Positions 31,922 through 42,129 of a DNA stretch of 64,000 nt are shown in pieces. The stretch is from Ignavibacteriota bacterium (GTDB lineage: Bacteria; Bacteroidota; Ignavibacteria; UBA10030; CAVZMI01). The notes under the pieces were generated by a model. That model had not been told where the DNA came from. It ran no database searches and saw only the letters and a program-made list of their open reading frames with translations. A program made the position numbers and the translations under genes. The stretch is from positions 1-64,000 of the forward strand of contig CAVZMI010000038.1 of the NCBI GenBank assembly GCA_963776275.1, in the 5' to 3' direction. The first letter of the stretch is position 1; every line of letters starts with the position of its first letter.

Positions 31922-31975
31922 GTCGAATTTCCAATTCGACAAAATAGGCAACGCGAATTTTCATTTCGACCAACG
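31918..31975 (+). repeat. REP doublet downstream of RAYT
   Basis: GTAGGTCGAATTTCCAATTCGAC...GCGAATTTTCATTTCGACCAAC, homologous to 31044-31096. Confidence 0.8.
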
Positions 31976-32009
31976 TCAATACCCAAAATTTTTGGAGATT
32001 CTATTTATA

Positions 32010-34149
32010 ATGTTTACAATCAGATGCATTGTGTGTGTGCTCATGCTTGTCATAGCCGGGCGGCTGGATTCAGCACCAGTTTCACATCTGCGTGTTCTCA
32101 CCATCAACGTCTGGAGCGGGCTCGATTATATCGGAAATATTCGCTGTGGCGATTATGAACAGGACGATCGGCGCGAGCTCCGCTTTCAGGCACTCCTTGT
32201 GCAGATACGGCAGCTTGATCCGGATGTTATCTTCCTCCAGGAGGCAAATCCCGTCGGGACGTACGCGGCTCGGCTGGCCGATTCCCTTTCATTCGATGAA
32301 ATCCATCTTGTATGCAATGCCGGCATCAAGCTGGGACCGATAGGTCTCCCGACGAATCTCAAAGAGGGAATTGCCATTCTTGCCCGGCGCTCTCTCGCTC
32401 TCGAACTGTTCGACGTTTGGAAGCTCTCCGGTGCGCCGGGAATCTACGGCGACGCCATCACCGTTCACTTCGATCAATCGATTTTTGCTCTCGTCGGGAA
32501 AATCACGGTTGATCGGACTCCAATTATGGTCGTGAATCCTCACCTTATTGCTGCGATACCGCAGGATACGTTGCTTGAACAGGAATTCGGGCAGCGCGCC
32601 CAAATAATCGGAATATCGAAAAATAAATATGCGGATGCTCTCAGGATGTGGGAGAAAAATAACCAGAGAAGGAAAAGAGAAGTCACACAACTGATCGAGC
32701 ATCTCGGTCCGCTCACCGAGAGTCATGGAGTGGTGATGGCCGGCGATTTTAACGCCGAGCCTCAGTCGCCTGAAATCGATATGGTAATTGGGACAACCGG
32801 ATATCTTGATATATACTCTACATCGGCGTCATCTTCCCGGCCCACATGGGATCCCAGGACAAATGAAAATATATTGTTTTCAACACAGGTGGTCGATGCC
32901 CAGGGAGATACGCTTGATGGATACGGCTGCCTGTCGGCGTTGTATGATGAGCATCCCCGCCGCATCGATTATATCTTTCTCAGTCGGCAATTCACTCAAA
33001 ACGATGTTTCCGAGTGCCGTATTGTTCTCGATTCATTAGTGAACGGCCTCCACGCTTCCGATCATTATGGAGTCCTTGCAGAGATTGATCTGACTCATTA
33101 TCTGCAAACTTCTTTGAAAGAGTCGGATACGCTTTCTATTCAGAGTGAATCGATCATCGAACCGCTCCCCATCCTGAGTTATGATACGGACGTCGGATTG
33201 GGGTACGGCGCGAAAGCAGTCTTCCGTAACCAGCTGCATTCAAATGAATCGTTCGAACGTCACGGCTTTCAACAGCACCAAAGGCGAGCGGTGGTATCGT
33301 TTTGTGTTCTCGATACCGGATTTCGAACTACGTCAGGGTAAAATCTATCCGTTTGCCCTGGACCTTGTGGTTGACTACGATAAGTGGATCAAGAATAGTT
33401 ACTTTGGCATCGGCAACGGTTCAAGTTTTAACGATAGAGAATATTATACAAAAGAGCCGCTTGATATAAACCTGACGCTTAGCAGAGGTTTTTCGCCTCA
33501 TGTTGTTGGACAGATCGGCGCCAGATATAAAACGGTCAGGAATTTCAATTTCTCTGAAGATAGCAAGCTCATTGTTCTTCAGCCGGAATCCAACGCATCA
33601 CGGGTGAACTTTTCGTCTCTCTTCGCGACATTCAGGTACGACACGCGCAACAGTTTTATCAATCCGTCGCGAGGACTGGTACTGCAAGGAGAAGCAGAGT
33701 GGGCTCCGAGGTGCGGATTGAGCAATGTAGCATTTGCACGGTTTGCCGGATGGTTTCAACATTACTCGGTACTCTTCTATCCGAAAACGATCCTTGCATT
33801 GCGTTGCGGTGTGCAGGGACTCGCAGGTGAAGATTTACCAGTCCAGGTGCTCATGTCGATCGGCGGCAACAATAATTTGCGAGGATCACCGCAAGATCGA
33901 TACCTCGATAGAACCTCTGCGGTATATAACGCGGAGCTGCGCTTTCCGATTTATTGGCGCTTCGGAGGCGTGATCGGTCTTGATGGAGGGAATGTATGGA
34001 GTTCGTTGTCGAAGATTGGTTTCGCGCGCTGGGTGATGAATCCAACGGCAGGATTGAGATTCTACTTCGATACGTTTGTCGTCCGGCTCGATGTCGGTTT
34101 TGGTAAAGAAACAACAGGATTTTATTTTAATTTTGGACAGATCTTTTAG
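32010..34149 (+). CDS. EEP-family phosphodiesterase fused to BamA/TamA-like beta-barrel, frameshift near 33258
   Basis: LTINVW, FLQE, AGDFNA, RIDYIF, SDHYG; then PILSYDTDVGLGYG, LRG..DRY, terminal FGQIF; removing one A joins the frames. Confidence 0.8.
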
Positions 34150-34163
34150 AAGGTCAAGATTAA

Positions 34164-34304
34164 TCCTTCGACTCGTCCCGGTATCCCCACTGTGAAACGT
34201 GGGGCGTAAATCTCACTGGACCCCACATAAGACGTGGGGCCGTAAAGAACACGGGAACGTGAGACGGGAAAAAACGGAACATGAGAACATCGGGACTCGC
34301 TCAG
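34164..34304. repeat. Nested REP-like composite
   Basis: TCCTTCGACTC[GTCCCG...CGGGAC]TCGCTCAG with heptamer-like filler; inverse of the composite near 57670. Confidence 0.65.
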
Positions 34305-34417
34305 CGAAGCAGTACTTTAGTACAGGACAAGGGTTGAGGTTGAGCAAGGGTGAAAAAGAGATTGCCCCTACTTTAAGGATACAGAGTTTTACCATAAAAT
34401 TGTGAAATGAGGAAAAT

Positions 34418-34972
34418 ATGAGTGAACGGATCTGTCCATGGTACTTAGGATATTTCTTAGCGAGTCCCTTAAGACGGTTGATGTACAAACCGGAAACAAT
34501 TATAGGGCCTTACATAGAAAAGGGACAAACGATACTCGATATAGGCAGTGCGATGGGCTTTTTTACATTACCGATGGCCCGCTTCGTGGGGGATGAAGGC
34601 AGAGTCATTGCAGTCGATCTTCAGGATAAAATGATTCGTTCGCTCCGGAGGAGAGCCGAAAAAGCCGAACTCTCCCAGATAATCGAGATTCGTCTTTGTT
34701 CAAGTCTAACGCTCGGCATTGATGATCTTGCCGATAAAGTGGACTTTGCCCTCATTTTTGCCGTCCTTCATGAAATGCCCGACATCAAACTCCCGCTCTC
34801 GGAAGTCTATAGTGCACTTAAACAGCAAGGTCTTCTCTTCATCTCTGAACCTGCAGGACACATTACAAAAGAAAAGTTCGGGGAAGAGATTTCTATTGTG
34901 GAAGGATGCGGATTCAAAGTTCTTGATAAGCCGATTATCAAGAATAACTATTCTATTGTAGTGCAAAAATAA
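34418..34972 (+). CDS. Class I SAM-dependent methyltransferase
   Basis: ILDIGSAMGFFT, VIAVDLQ, VLHEM, EP. Confidence 0.9.
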   Translation: MSERICPWYLGYFLASPLRRLMYKPETIIGPYIEKGQTILDIGSAMGFFTLPMARFVGDEGRVIAVDLQDKMIRSLRRRAEKAELSQIIEIRLCSSLTLGIDDLADKVDFALIFAVLHEMPDIKLPLSEVYSALKQQGLLFISEPAGHITKEKFGEEISIVEGCGFKVLDKPIIKNNYSIVVQK

Positions 34973-35067
34973 ATATGTCTTAATGGAAATTGGTTCAGAA
35001 GATCAATGTACGACCGGGAAACTTTGATCTCATATCTCCATGTTATATTTAATAAGGAGATATTTCA

Positions 35068-35811
35068 ATGGCCTTACCGAAGCATCAAGCAATCGCCCGA
35101 GCGCTGGTAATTTTTCTTATTGTGCAGGCCGCAGCATTGGCGGGCCCTCCGTTCATCACCGATGATCCGCAGCCAGTCGATTACCTTCACTGGGAGTTGT
35201 ATTTTTCCTCGACGCAATTTTTTAGCAGTGGAGAAATCAGTGCAACGCTGCCGTATATCGAGATCAATTACGGCGCGCTACGGGATATCCAACTCCATCT
35301 CATTCTTCCCATGGGCTTTGTTAATTCTGAAGGTATCTCTACCTACGGCTTCTCGAATACCGAGTTCGGAATAAAGTACCGGTTTATTGAAGAGACAAAT
35401 GATCGGCCGCAGATAGGGATCTTTCCCTTGATTGAAATTCCCACGGCAAGCAATGAGCAAAACCTCGGTACCGGCCAGGCTCAGATATTTTTACCGCTCT
35501 GGATGCAAAAAAGTTGGGGAAGTTTTACGACCTACGGGGGAGGGGGCTTCTGGTACAATCCCGGAGAAGGGAATAAGAACTATTTTTTCATCGGCTGGGA
35601 ACTTCAGTACGATTTTTCAAAAATGGTTACGCTGGGCGGCGAATTATTCTTTCATACATCCGATATGACGGATGGGAATTCGGATGCCGGGTGCAACCTC
35701 GGTGGGTTCATTAATTTGGATGAGACTAACCATCTTCTCTTCTCGCTCGGTCATAATTTTATCGGGACAGGCACTTTCACAGGATATATCGGATATCAAC
35801 TTACAATTTGA
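35068..35811 (+). CDS. Outer-membrane beta-barrel protein (putative transporter)
   Basis: Signal peptide then GPPFITDDP; amphipathic strands; terminal YQLTI; AAGGAG RBS. Confidence 0.7.
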   Translation: MALPKHQAIARALVIFLIVQAAALAGPPFITDDPQPVDYLHWELYFSSTQFFSSGEISATLPYIEINYGALRDIQLHLILPMGFVNSEGISTYGFSNTEFGIKYRFIEETNDRPQIGIFPLIEIPTASNEQNLGTGQAQIFLPLWMQKSWGSFTTYGGGGFWYNPGEGNKNYFFIGWELQYDFSKMVTLGGELFFHTSDMTDGNSDAGCNLGGFINLDETNHLLFSLGHNFIGTGTFTGYIGYQLTI

Positions 35812-35980
35812 CGTCGAGTCGCTGCATAAAAAACCCGGCAGGACATTATGGCTTTTCAAATATCATTTGAGTACTATTCTCTCGCGATCAACTCACACGA
35901 CTACCAGAGAAAGTCAGCTCCTATTACTCTTCAGGAAATATTGATGAATTATCATCCGACATAATACAGGAGTTACTATC

Positions 35981-36898
35981 ATGAGAACATTTCATTATAT
36001 TCTCGCCTTTGTGTTGCTATCCGAATTGTCCCTGGCTCAAGCCGGACTCATTGCATATTATCCGTTGAACTCAAATCCAAATGACACGACAGGGAATCTT
36101 GGCCCCGTGACATTAACGAACGTCCCTTACCAGGAGGGGGGTGTGTATTGTAACGGGATTTACGGTGGTTCCAATCTTCAAACCCCAATCCTTCCTGATA
36201 CTATCTATAAATCCTTCTCTCTGACCGTGATGTTTAAAGTGACCGACTTCCCCACAGGCCCGAATCGGCCTGTTCTCATTGGAGGTGGTGATTATCGATG
36301 GGTAGGTTTTTATCTGATGACAGATTCAACCGTAGCACTTTATTATAATAATGGCTTTTTCCATCCTTGCACAGTTCACTATACCACCAATACATGGCAC
36401 ACTGCGACTCTCAATTATGACAGCAGTGTGGGAATGGCCAATTTATCGATCGATGGAGTACTCGCATGCAGTGCAAATTTTACTGCCATCCACGGGTCTA
36501 GTACATACGACCGTGTTTTTATGTCCACTGATCTTGGGACCGGAAAAACTTACAAGGGATATCTTAAAGATCTGAAGTTCTACTCGACATTCGAGATTCC
36601 GACTTCCGTGTCTTCCAGGAATTTGCAGGAACCCGAGAGTATGACGCTTCTGCAAAATTATCCCAATCCGTTTAATCCCTGTACGACGATTCGTTTCCGG
36701 ATCGATCGATCTTCATTTGTCTCGCTCGATGTATATGACATTCTTGGACAGAAAATTGCATCCTTGATGTCGAGAGAACTTACCGCCGGAGAACATGAGG
36801 TTCAGTCGTCCGCTGAAGGATTTTCCAGCGGAGTATATTTTTGTCGGATGCAGACTGGGAACAATATTCAAATCAGAAAACTTATCTTGAATAAGTAG
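35981..36898 (+). CDS. Secreted LamG/ConA-like protein with T9SS C-terminal domain
   Basis: GLIAYYPLN, WH..TL, G.LKDLKFY; LLQNYPNPFNP...SSGVYF...KLILNK. Confidence 0.85.
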   Translation: MRTFHYILAFVLLSELSLAQAGLIAYYPLNSNPNDTTGNLGPVTLTNVPYQEGGVYCNGIYGGSNLQTPILPDTIYKSFSLTVMFKVTDFPTGPNRPVLIGGGDYRWVGFYLMTDSTVALYYNNGFFHPCTVHYTTNTWHTATLNYDSSVGMANLSIDGVLACSANFTAIHGSSTYDRVFMSTDLGTGKTYKGYLKDLKFYSTFEIPTSVSSRNLQEPESMTLLQNYPNPFNPCTTIRFRIDRSSFVSLDVYDILGQKIASLMSRELTAGEHEVQSSAEGFSSGVYFCRMQTGNNIQIRKLILNK

Positions 36899-37110
36899 TG
36901 TTGTAACTGGGTAGAATGCTTTAGAAAATCAAAGGATTAGTTGATTGCAAATTGCGATCCACGTAAATCTCTTACCCACGGATTATCGAGTTTGATACGA
37001 TCGTAACAAGTAAGGTTTATAACCGAAGCTTATTAGAATGCCTCAATGGTGATGAGAAGTTTTATCGTTGAGTGAATTTCTTTAAAGACTCTGTCCGGCT
37101 AGTCCTTTTT

Positions 37111-37989
37111 TTATCCCGCAAAAGACTTGCTCAAAAATCTTCTTATCGATATCATGCTTCCGATCATCCCGAGGAATATTCCTGCTGCGGCGATCAAAGC
37201 GTAGAGCATCGGATCGACAATGAGGATATCGGCAAGTTCGGCGGTAAGTTGTTTCTGCGCAAAGAGCACCAATCCGAATACAATCCCGGTAGCAACAACA
37301 CCTCCGATGAATCCCTGGATGATTCCTTCGATGATAAACGGGGTCCGGATGAAACTGCGGGTGGCGCCGACGAGCTTCATTGTCTCGATGATCGCCCGTT
37401 TCGAGTAGATTGCCAGGCGGATGGTGTTCGACACAAGCATGATGGCGGACAGACTTATGATGAGACCGAGCGAGAGTGTAATAAGGAAGACTGTCTTTGT
37501 CCGCTTATCAAGAAATTCGAGCAGGCTTTTCCGATAAATGATATCGGTAATGCCGGGGATGGCACTGATTCTTTTACTTATGGCCTCGACATGGACTGTC
37601 GTCTTGTACCCGTTCTTAAGGGATATCTTAAACGAGGGAGGAAGGGGATTGAAATTAAGCACGCTTGTAATATCCTCTCCGAATTCCTGTTTGAAAACGC
37701 GTGCTGCTTCTTCTTTAGATACGAAGCGGAGTGTGTCGATCCCTTTCACCTGTTGAATCTGCATCCTCAACGAATCGATCACCGCTTGTGTAACGGGCTC
37801 TTCAAGAAAGACTTCCAGTTCCACCCGGTTGCGTATGGAATCGATGAGTCGGTTTGCATTCGATGTGACTATGGCGAAGATTGCCAGGAGAATGAGAGCG
37901 ATACAGATCGTGATGATAGAAATTGTCATCGACAGTTTTGCTCTCTGGAATCCGGAAAACCCTTCCCGCAAAATATATGCTGTGCTCAC
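37111..37989 (-). CDS. ftsX: Cell division permease FtsX
   Basis: FVSKEEA, NPLPPS, NTIRLAIYS, MKLVGATRSFIRTPFIIEG. Confidence 0.95.
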   Translation of the reverse strand: MSTAYILREGFSGFQRAKLSMTISIITICIALILLAIFAIVTSNANRLIDSIRNRVELEVFLEEPVTQAVIDSLRMQIQQVKGIDTLRFVSKEEAARVFKQEFGEDITSVLNFNPLPPSFKISLKNGYKTTVHVEAISKRISAIPGITDIIYRKSLLEFLDKRTKTVFLITLSLGLIISLSAIMLVSNTIRLAIYSKRAIIETMKLVGATRSFIRTPFIIEGIIQGFIGGVVATGIVFGLVLFAQKQLTAELADILIVDPMLYALIAAAGIFLGMIGSMISIRRFLSKSFAG

Positions 37990-37998
37990 AGGACACTC

Positions 37999-38838
37999 CT
38001 ATACTTTGGTATATGAACCGAGGATTCGAAGATGCGATGTCACGTCACCAAGTGCTTCAAGGGCATGCCGGCAGTTTTTTTCTGCAATGCTTCCGCTGAA
38101 ATCGAGATAGAAAAGATATTCCCATGGCTTTCCCATTATTGGCCGTGACTCTATTTTTTCGAGATCGATGTTCCGGAGTGCGAAAACGCTCAACGCCTTG
38201 AAGAGTGCCCCCGGAATACTCTTAAGCGAAAAAATGATTGACGTCTTCGCATTGTTCTTCACAGAGATCGGTCGACGGGATAATACGAGGAAGCGTGTGT
38301 AATTATGGTGGTTGCTTTCGATCCCGCGTTTCAGAATGTGCAATCCATATAACTGTGCGGCTGTGGCGCTGGCAATTGCCGCGGCGTTTCGCATCCGCTG
38401 CTCGCTGATCATTTTTGCCGAACCTGCAGTATCATAGACGGCGACGATTTCCACATTATGCAGTGTCTGGAGATATTGGTCGCACTGACCTAACGCCTGC
38501 GGATGGGAATACACATGCCGGATGTCACTGAGCTTCACTCCGGGTATTGCCATCAACATGTGACTTACCCGAAGCTTCACTTCTCCTATAATATTGAGCG
38601 GGTACCGGTCGAGAAGATCATAGTTCTCGTGAACGCTGCCAAAAAGTGAATTTTCGATCGGTATAATACCGGCATTCACTTCTTTTTTGTGAACGGCGTC
38701 AAAGACTTTTGCGAACGAAGCATAGGGTCTGGACACAGCCGCCGGCGTATGATTGAGCGATGCACAGTATGCGGATGCCGCCTCTTCGCTGAAGGCTCCG
38801 TGTTCGCCCTGAAATGCTATCGTAAGTCTCTTTGGCAT
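37999..38838 (-). CDS. pheA: Prephenate dehydratase (monofunctional)
   Basis: AFQGEHGAFSE, PIENS, YSHPQALGQC, NYTRF, KIESRP, ACT domain. Confidence 0.95.
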   Translation of the reverse strand: MPKRLTIAFQGEHGAFSEEAASAYCASLNHTPAAVSRPYASFAKVFDAVHKKEVNAGIIPIENSLFGSVHENYDLLDRYPLNIIGEVKLRVSHMLMAIPGVKLSDIRHVYSHPQALGQCDQYLQTLHNVEIVAVYDTAGSAKMISEQRMRNAAAIASATAAQLYGLHILKRGIESNHHNYTRFLVLSRRPISVKNNAKTSIIFSLKSIPGALFKALSVFALRNIDLEKIESRPIMGKPWEYLFYLDFSGSIAEKNCRHALEALGDVTSHLRILGSYTKV

Positions 38839-38879
38839 AATAAGTTTGAAAAAAAACTATAAATATTTCTGATGTATGA

Positions 38880-39040
38880 CCTGTCCGCCGAAGTCCAACA
38901 CCGGTGGATGGAGGCGGATTGTTGATTTATGAGTTTAATAAAGTACAAAGATTTTTTCGGCCGGTAGTATTCGATCATCCGATTATAGAAAAGAGACAGC
39001 CGACGCCACTCATAAATCAAAGATCATCGATCATAAATCT
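38880..39040. repeat. Hairpin element plus inverted heptamer-like arms
   Basis: TCCGCC...GGCGGA; TTGATTTATGAGT vs ACTCATAAATCAA inverted pair. Confidence 0.55.
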
Positions 39041-39050
39041 CTTGGCTTTC

Positions 39051-39566
39051 CTAAAAATTCGATTCGTCTCTCCAGCGCGCAATTTTCCAGATGCTCTGCT
39101 GTGTCAGCCGGGTGACATTGAAATTCGCGTATCCGTTCACACGTATAATATCGCTAGGATTGAATGTTACGGTCATTGAAAAACTCCGGGTAACGTTTAT
39201 GTTCAATGAATCGCCGGAAAATGAAACCGTGTTGTTCCAGATCAGGTCGAGGTTTTGTGCATTCATAAATAGTCCGTATGTCGTGCGCATATCCTCATCC
39301 CGTCCCCAGCTGATATCAATGCCGTTGTCATAATCACGATAGACAAACGCAAAATTCTGATCGAGGAGCTGTCCGTATATTGTTGAATCTTTAAATGTGT
39401 ATGCGTATTGAAAATTGCGGAAGACTCCTTCGAGGGTTCGTTGATCGCCCAGAATCGAGTTCGAAACTTCAGTCGATGTATCCAGCTCCGGTGCAAATGG
39501 ATTCGCACACCCCGCGGTGAGGCTGGCGACAAAAAATATTATAATAAGAATCCGATGCACAATCAT
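39051..39566 (-). CDS. Hypothetical lipoprotein
   Basis: Lipobox LTAGC; ends WKIARWRDESNF; overlaps upstream paralog. Confidence 0.75.
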   Translation of the reverse strand: MIVHRILIIIFFVASLTAGCANPFAPELDTSTEVSNSILGDQRTLEGVFRNFQYAYTFKDSTIYGQLLDQNFAFVYRDYDNGIDISWGRDEDMRTTYGLFMNAQNLDLIWNNTVSFSGDSLNINVTRSFSMTVTFNPSDIIRVNGYANFNVTRLTQQSIWKIARWRDESNF

Positions 39567-40186
39567 GAGCTAAACCGCGCTTTCAGGTCGCTCCAGCTAA
39601 AATCGTTCCCTGTTGCATTGTCGATCCATCGGTGAATGGCCCAATTGTTATTTCGATCGACTGAAAGTAAAAACAGAAGTGTGCCCTGTGCCTGCGTCTT
39701 AATATCCTGTACCGTGTGTGGAATGATCAGCTTATATGTTGCAGTGTATACGGCAGAATCGGACTGGATGCTTAATTGGGCATCGGTTAGGATCAGCGCC
39801 GATTCCTCCCCCGTTGGGATTCTGGAGCACAGGTTCTCGAAATACGTCCGCTCCGATGTAAGATTCCAATCATGAAAAATAGCACTGTAAGCGGTTTGGG
39901 CACTCTGGGCCGCCTGAAATGAAAAACTATAATTCGAGAATGTTGAGTCGACAAAACAATTGATATAGTTTTCAGTGTTGCGTTCACGGATTGCGTTCAT
40001 GAGGTTATCGATTACAATACTCGGCAACGTCGGTGGAACAAACGACGAACTGGACTCCGATGGTTTTTCCGGCGTCCGAGTATTAAGTATATTGCACCCC
40101 TGAAAAATAAAAAACCCACCGATACATACACTAACGATCCACCCGGGTTTCCTGATAAACCAAAGAGCGCCTAGCCGTATGTTCAC
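39563..40186 (-). CDS. Hypothetical lipoprotein
   Basis: FQGC lipobox-like; WAIHRWID; coupled to recR. Confidence 0.72.
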   Translation of the reverse strand: MNIRLGALWFIRKPGWIVSVCIGGFFIFQGCNILNTRTPEKPSESSSSFVPPTLPSIVIDNLMNAIRERNTENYINCFVDSTFSNYSFSFQAAQSAQTAYSAIFHDWNLTSERTYFENLCSRIPTGEESALILTDAQLSIQSDSAVYTATYKLIIPHTVQDIKTQAQGTLLFLLSVDRNNNWAIHRWIDNATGNDFSWSDLKARFSS

Positions 40187-40779
40187 AATGATATTCGCCC
40201 CTCCAACGCTCGTGACAGGGTTGCCTCGTCGGCAAATTCAAGATCGCTCCCGATCGGAAGACCCCGGGCAATACGCGAAACCTTAATACCCAGCGGTTTT
40301 ATGAGTCGCGACAGGTAAATTGTTGTCGCCTCTCCTTCGGTATTTGGATTCATTGCCAGGATGACCTCTGTTATCTCACCCGTGATACGATTCAGTAATT
40401 CTTTAATTTTTAAATCTTCCGGACCAATCCCATCAAGCGGTGAAAGGGCTCCTCCGAGCACATGATATAACCCGCGGAATTCATTCGTTTTTTCTATTGC
40501 TATGACGTCGCTGGGTTCTTCAACGACACAGATGATAGATCGTTCACGTTTCTGACTCGAGCAAATAACACACGGATCGATCTCTGTAATATTCGAACAG
40601 GTCGAGCAATATCTTACCTTATCTTTAACATCGACCAGTGACCGGGCAAGAGCGACGACATCCTCCCGGGATTGTTTGAGAATGTAGAGGGCAAATCGTT
40701 GCGCCGTTTTTCGGCCTACGCCGGGGAGCTGCCCGAGTTGTTCGATTAGTTGTTCGACGGATTCACTTGTAAAAAGCAT
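40183..40779 (-). CDS. recR: Recombination mediator RecR
   Basis: [12 protein letters not shown]4 zinc finger, YHVLGG, EGEAT, ADEATL. Confidence 0.98.
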   Translation of the reverse strand: MLFTSESVEQLIEQLGQLPGVGRKTAQRFALYILKQSREDVVALARSLVDVKDKVRYCSTCSNITEIDPCVICSSQKRERSIICVVEEPSDVIAIEKTNEFRGLYHVLGGALSPLDGIGPEDLKIKELLNRITGEITEVILAMNPNTEGEATTIYLSRLIKPLGIKVSRIARGLPIGSDLEFADEATLSRALEGRISL

Positions 40780-40780
40780 T

Positions 40781-41116
40781 TTACAAACCAGGAATATTCA
40801 ATCCGGGGATGTTCGGAATCATTCCAGCCGTTGCTTTTTGCATTTCAGCATTTGCTAATGCAGCGGCGTCATCGAGCGCTTTATTAACTCCCGCCACGAT
40901 AAGATCTTCCAGCATCTCTTTTTCTTCAGGTTTGATTACCTCTTTTTCAATTTCTATCTTGACAATCTGCTGTTTTCCCGACGCTGTCACTTTGACCATG
41001 CCGCCTCCAGCTTCGGCCACGATAGTCTTTGAACCGAGTTCGGCCTGAACCTGTGCAATTCGTTCTTGCATCTGCTGGACTTGCTTCATCATTCCCTGCA
41101 TTCCGCCTTTGAGCAT
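40781..41116 (-). CDS. ybaB: YbaB/EbfC nucleoid-associated protein
   Basis: [24 protein letters not shown]; upstream of recR. Confidence 0.95.
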   Translation of the reverse strand: MLKGGMQGMMKQVQQMQERIAQVQAELGSKTIVAEAGGGMVKVTASGKQQIVKIEIEKEVIKPEEKEMLEDLIVAGVNKALDDAAALANAEMQKATAGMIPNIPGLNIPGL

Positions 41117-41289
41117 CAGCGATATCCTTTCATTTTCAAAATATTCCATCACTTCGACTAAATGTAACTTTTACTCTGAGAAATATATCATAATTAATAG
41201 GGAAAGTCAAAATACCTTGACTTTCCATACCAAAAAACTTACATTTATGAACACTTTTTATGTTTTATTGATCTCTTTATGGGGTACGC

Positions 41290-42129
41290 GTGGGGAAGAA
41301 GTATAACGCACCGACACCTGCAGATAAAGCTTTTCAAGATAATCTAAAGGAAAAGGGTGCCATCCCAAACCATATAGCAATTATCATGGACGGGAATGGC
41401 CGATGGGCAAAGGAGCGGGGACTTCCCCGTGTTGCCGGTCACCGCGAAGGAGTAAATTCTGTCCGCGATATCGTTGAGGTATGCGGACAGCTGGGAATTA
41501 AATACCTTACTCTGTTTGCATTTTCGACTGAAAACTGGAAGCGTCCGAAGAATGAAGTCTCGGTTTTAATGCGGCTTCTTGTCAAGTCGCTGCGTGATGA
41601 AACAGACCGGTTACTCGCGAATAACGTGCGCCTCCGGACGGTTGGCGATACAGCATCGTTGCCAAAAGATGTGCAGGAAGAACTCCTATTTTCGGTTGAA
41701 AAAACAAAGAAGAATACGGGTCTGATGCTTGTCCTTGCACTCAGTTACAGCGGCCGGTGGGATATTGTGAACGCCATTCGAAGAATTGCTCGTGCCGTTG
41801 AGCACTATGAAATACGCAGCAACGACGTAACAGAAAAGGTCATTTCTTCGTATCTGACGACACACGATATTCCCGATCCTGATCTTTTAATCCGTACCAG
41901 TGGCGAATTCCGTTTAAGCAATTTTTTACTCTGGGAACTTGCATATACCGAAATTCATATAACCCGGTGTTATTGGCCTGAATTCCGTCGTGCACATCTG
42001 TATGATGCTATCCGCGATTATCAACAGCGGGAACGGCGGTTCGGCCTTGTGAGCGAACAACTCACCCAACATCGATCTTCAGGAATTTCGAAAGTCGAAA
42101 GGCTAGCCAAACGTGCCGTACGTGTCTAA
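41290..42129 (+). CDS. uppS: Undecaprenyl diphosphate synthase
   Basis: HIAIIMDGNGRWA, FSTENWKRP, IRTSGEFRLSNFLLW, RERRFG. Confidence 0.98.
   Translation: MGKKYNAPTPADKAFQDNLKEKGAIPNHIAIIMDGNGRWAKERGLPRVAGHREGVNSVRDIVEVCGQLGIKYLTLFAFSTENWKRPKNEVSVLMRLLVKSLRDETDRLLANNVRLRTVGDTASLPKDVQEELLFSVEKTKKNTGLMLVLALSYSGRWDIVNAIRRIARAVEHYEIRSNDVTEKVISSYLTTHDIPDPDLLIRTSGEFRLSNFLLWELAYTEIHITRCYWPEFRRAHLYDAIRDYQQRERRFGLVSEQLTQHRSSGISKVERLAKRAVRV

Noticed and set aside
37072-38016. 314-aa plus-strand ORF
   Set aside because: Antisense shadow of ftsX
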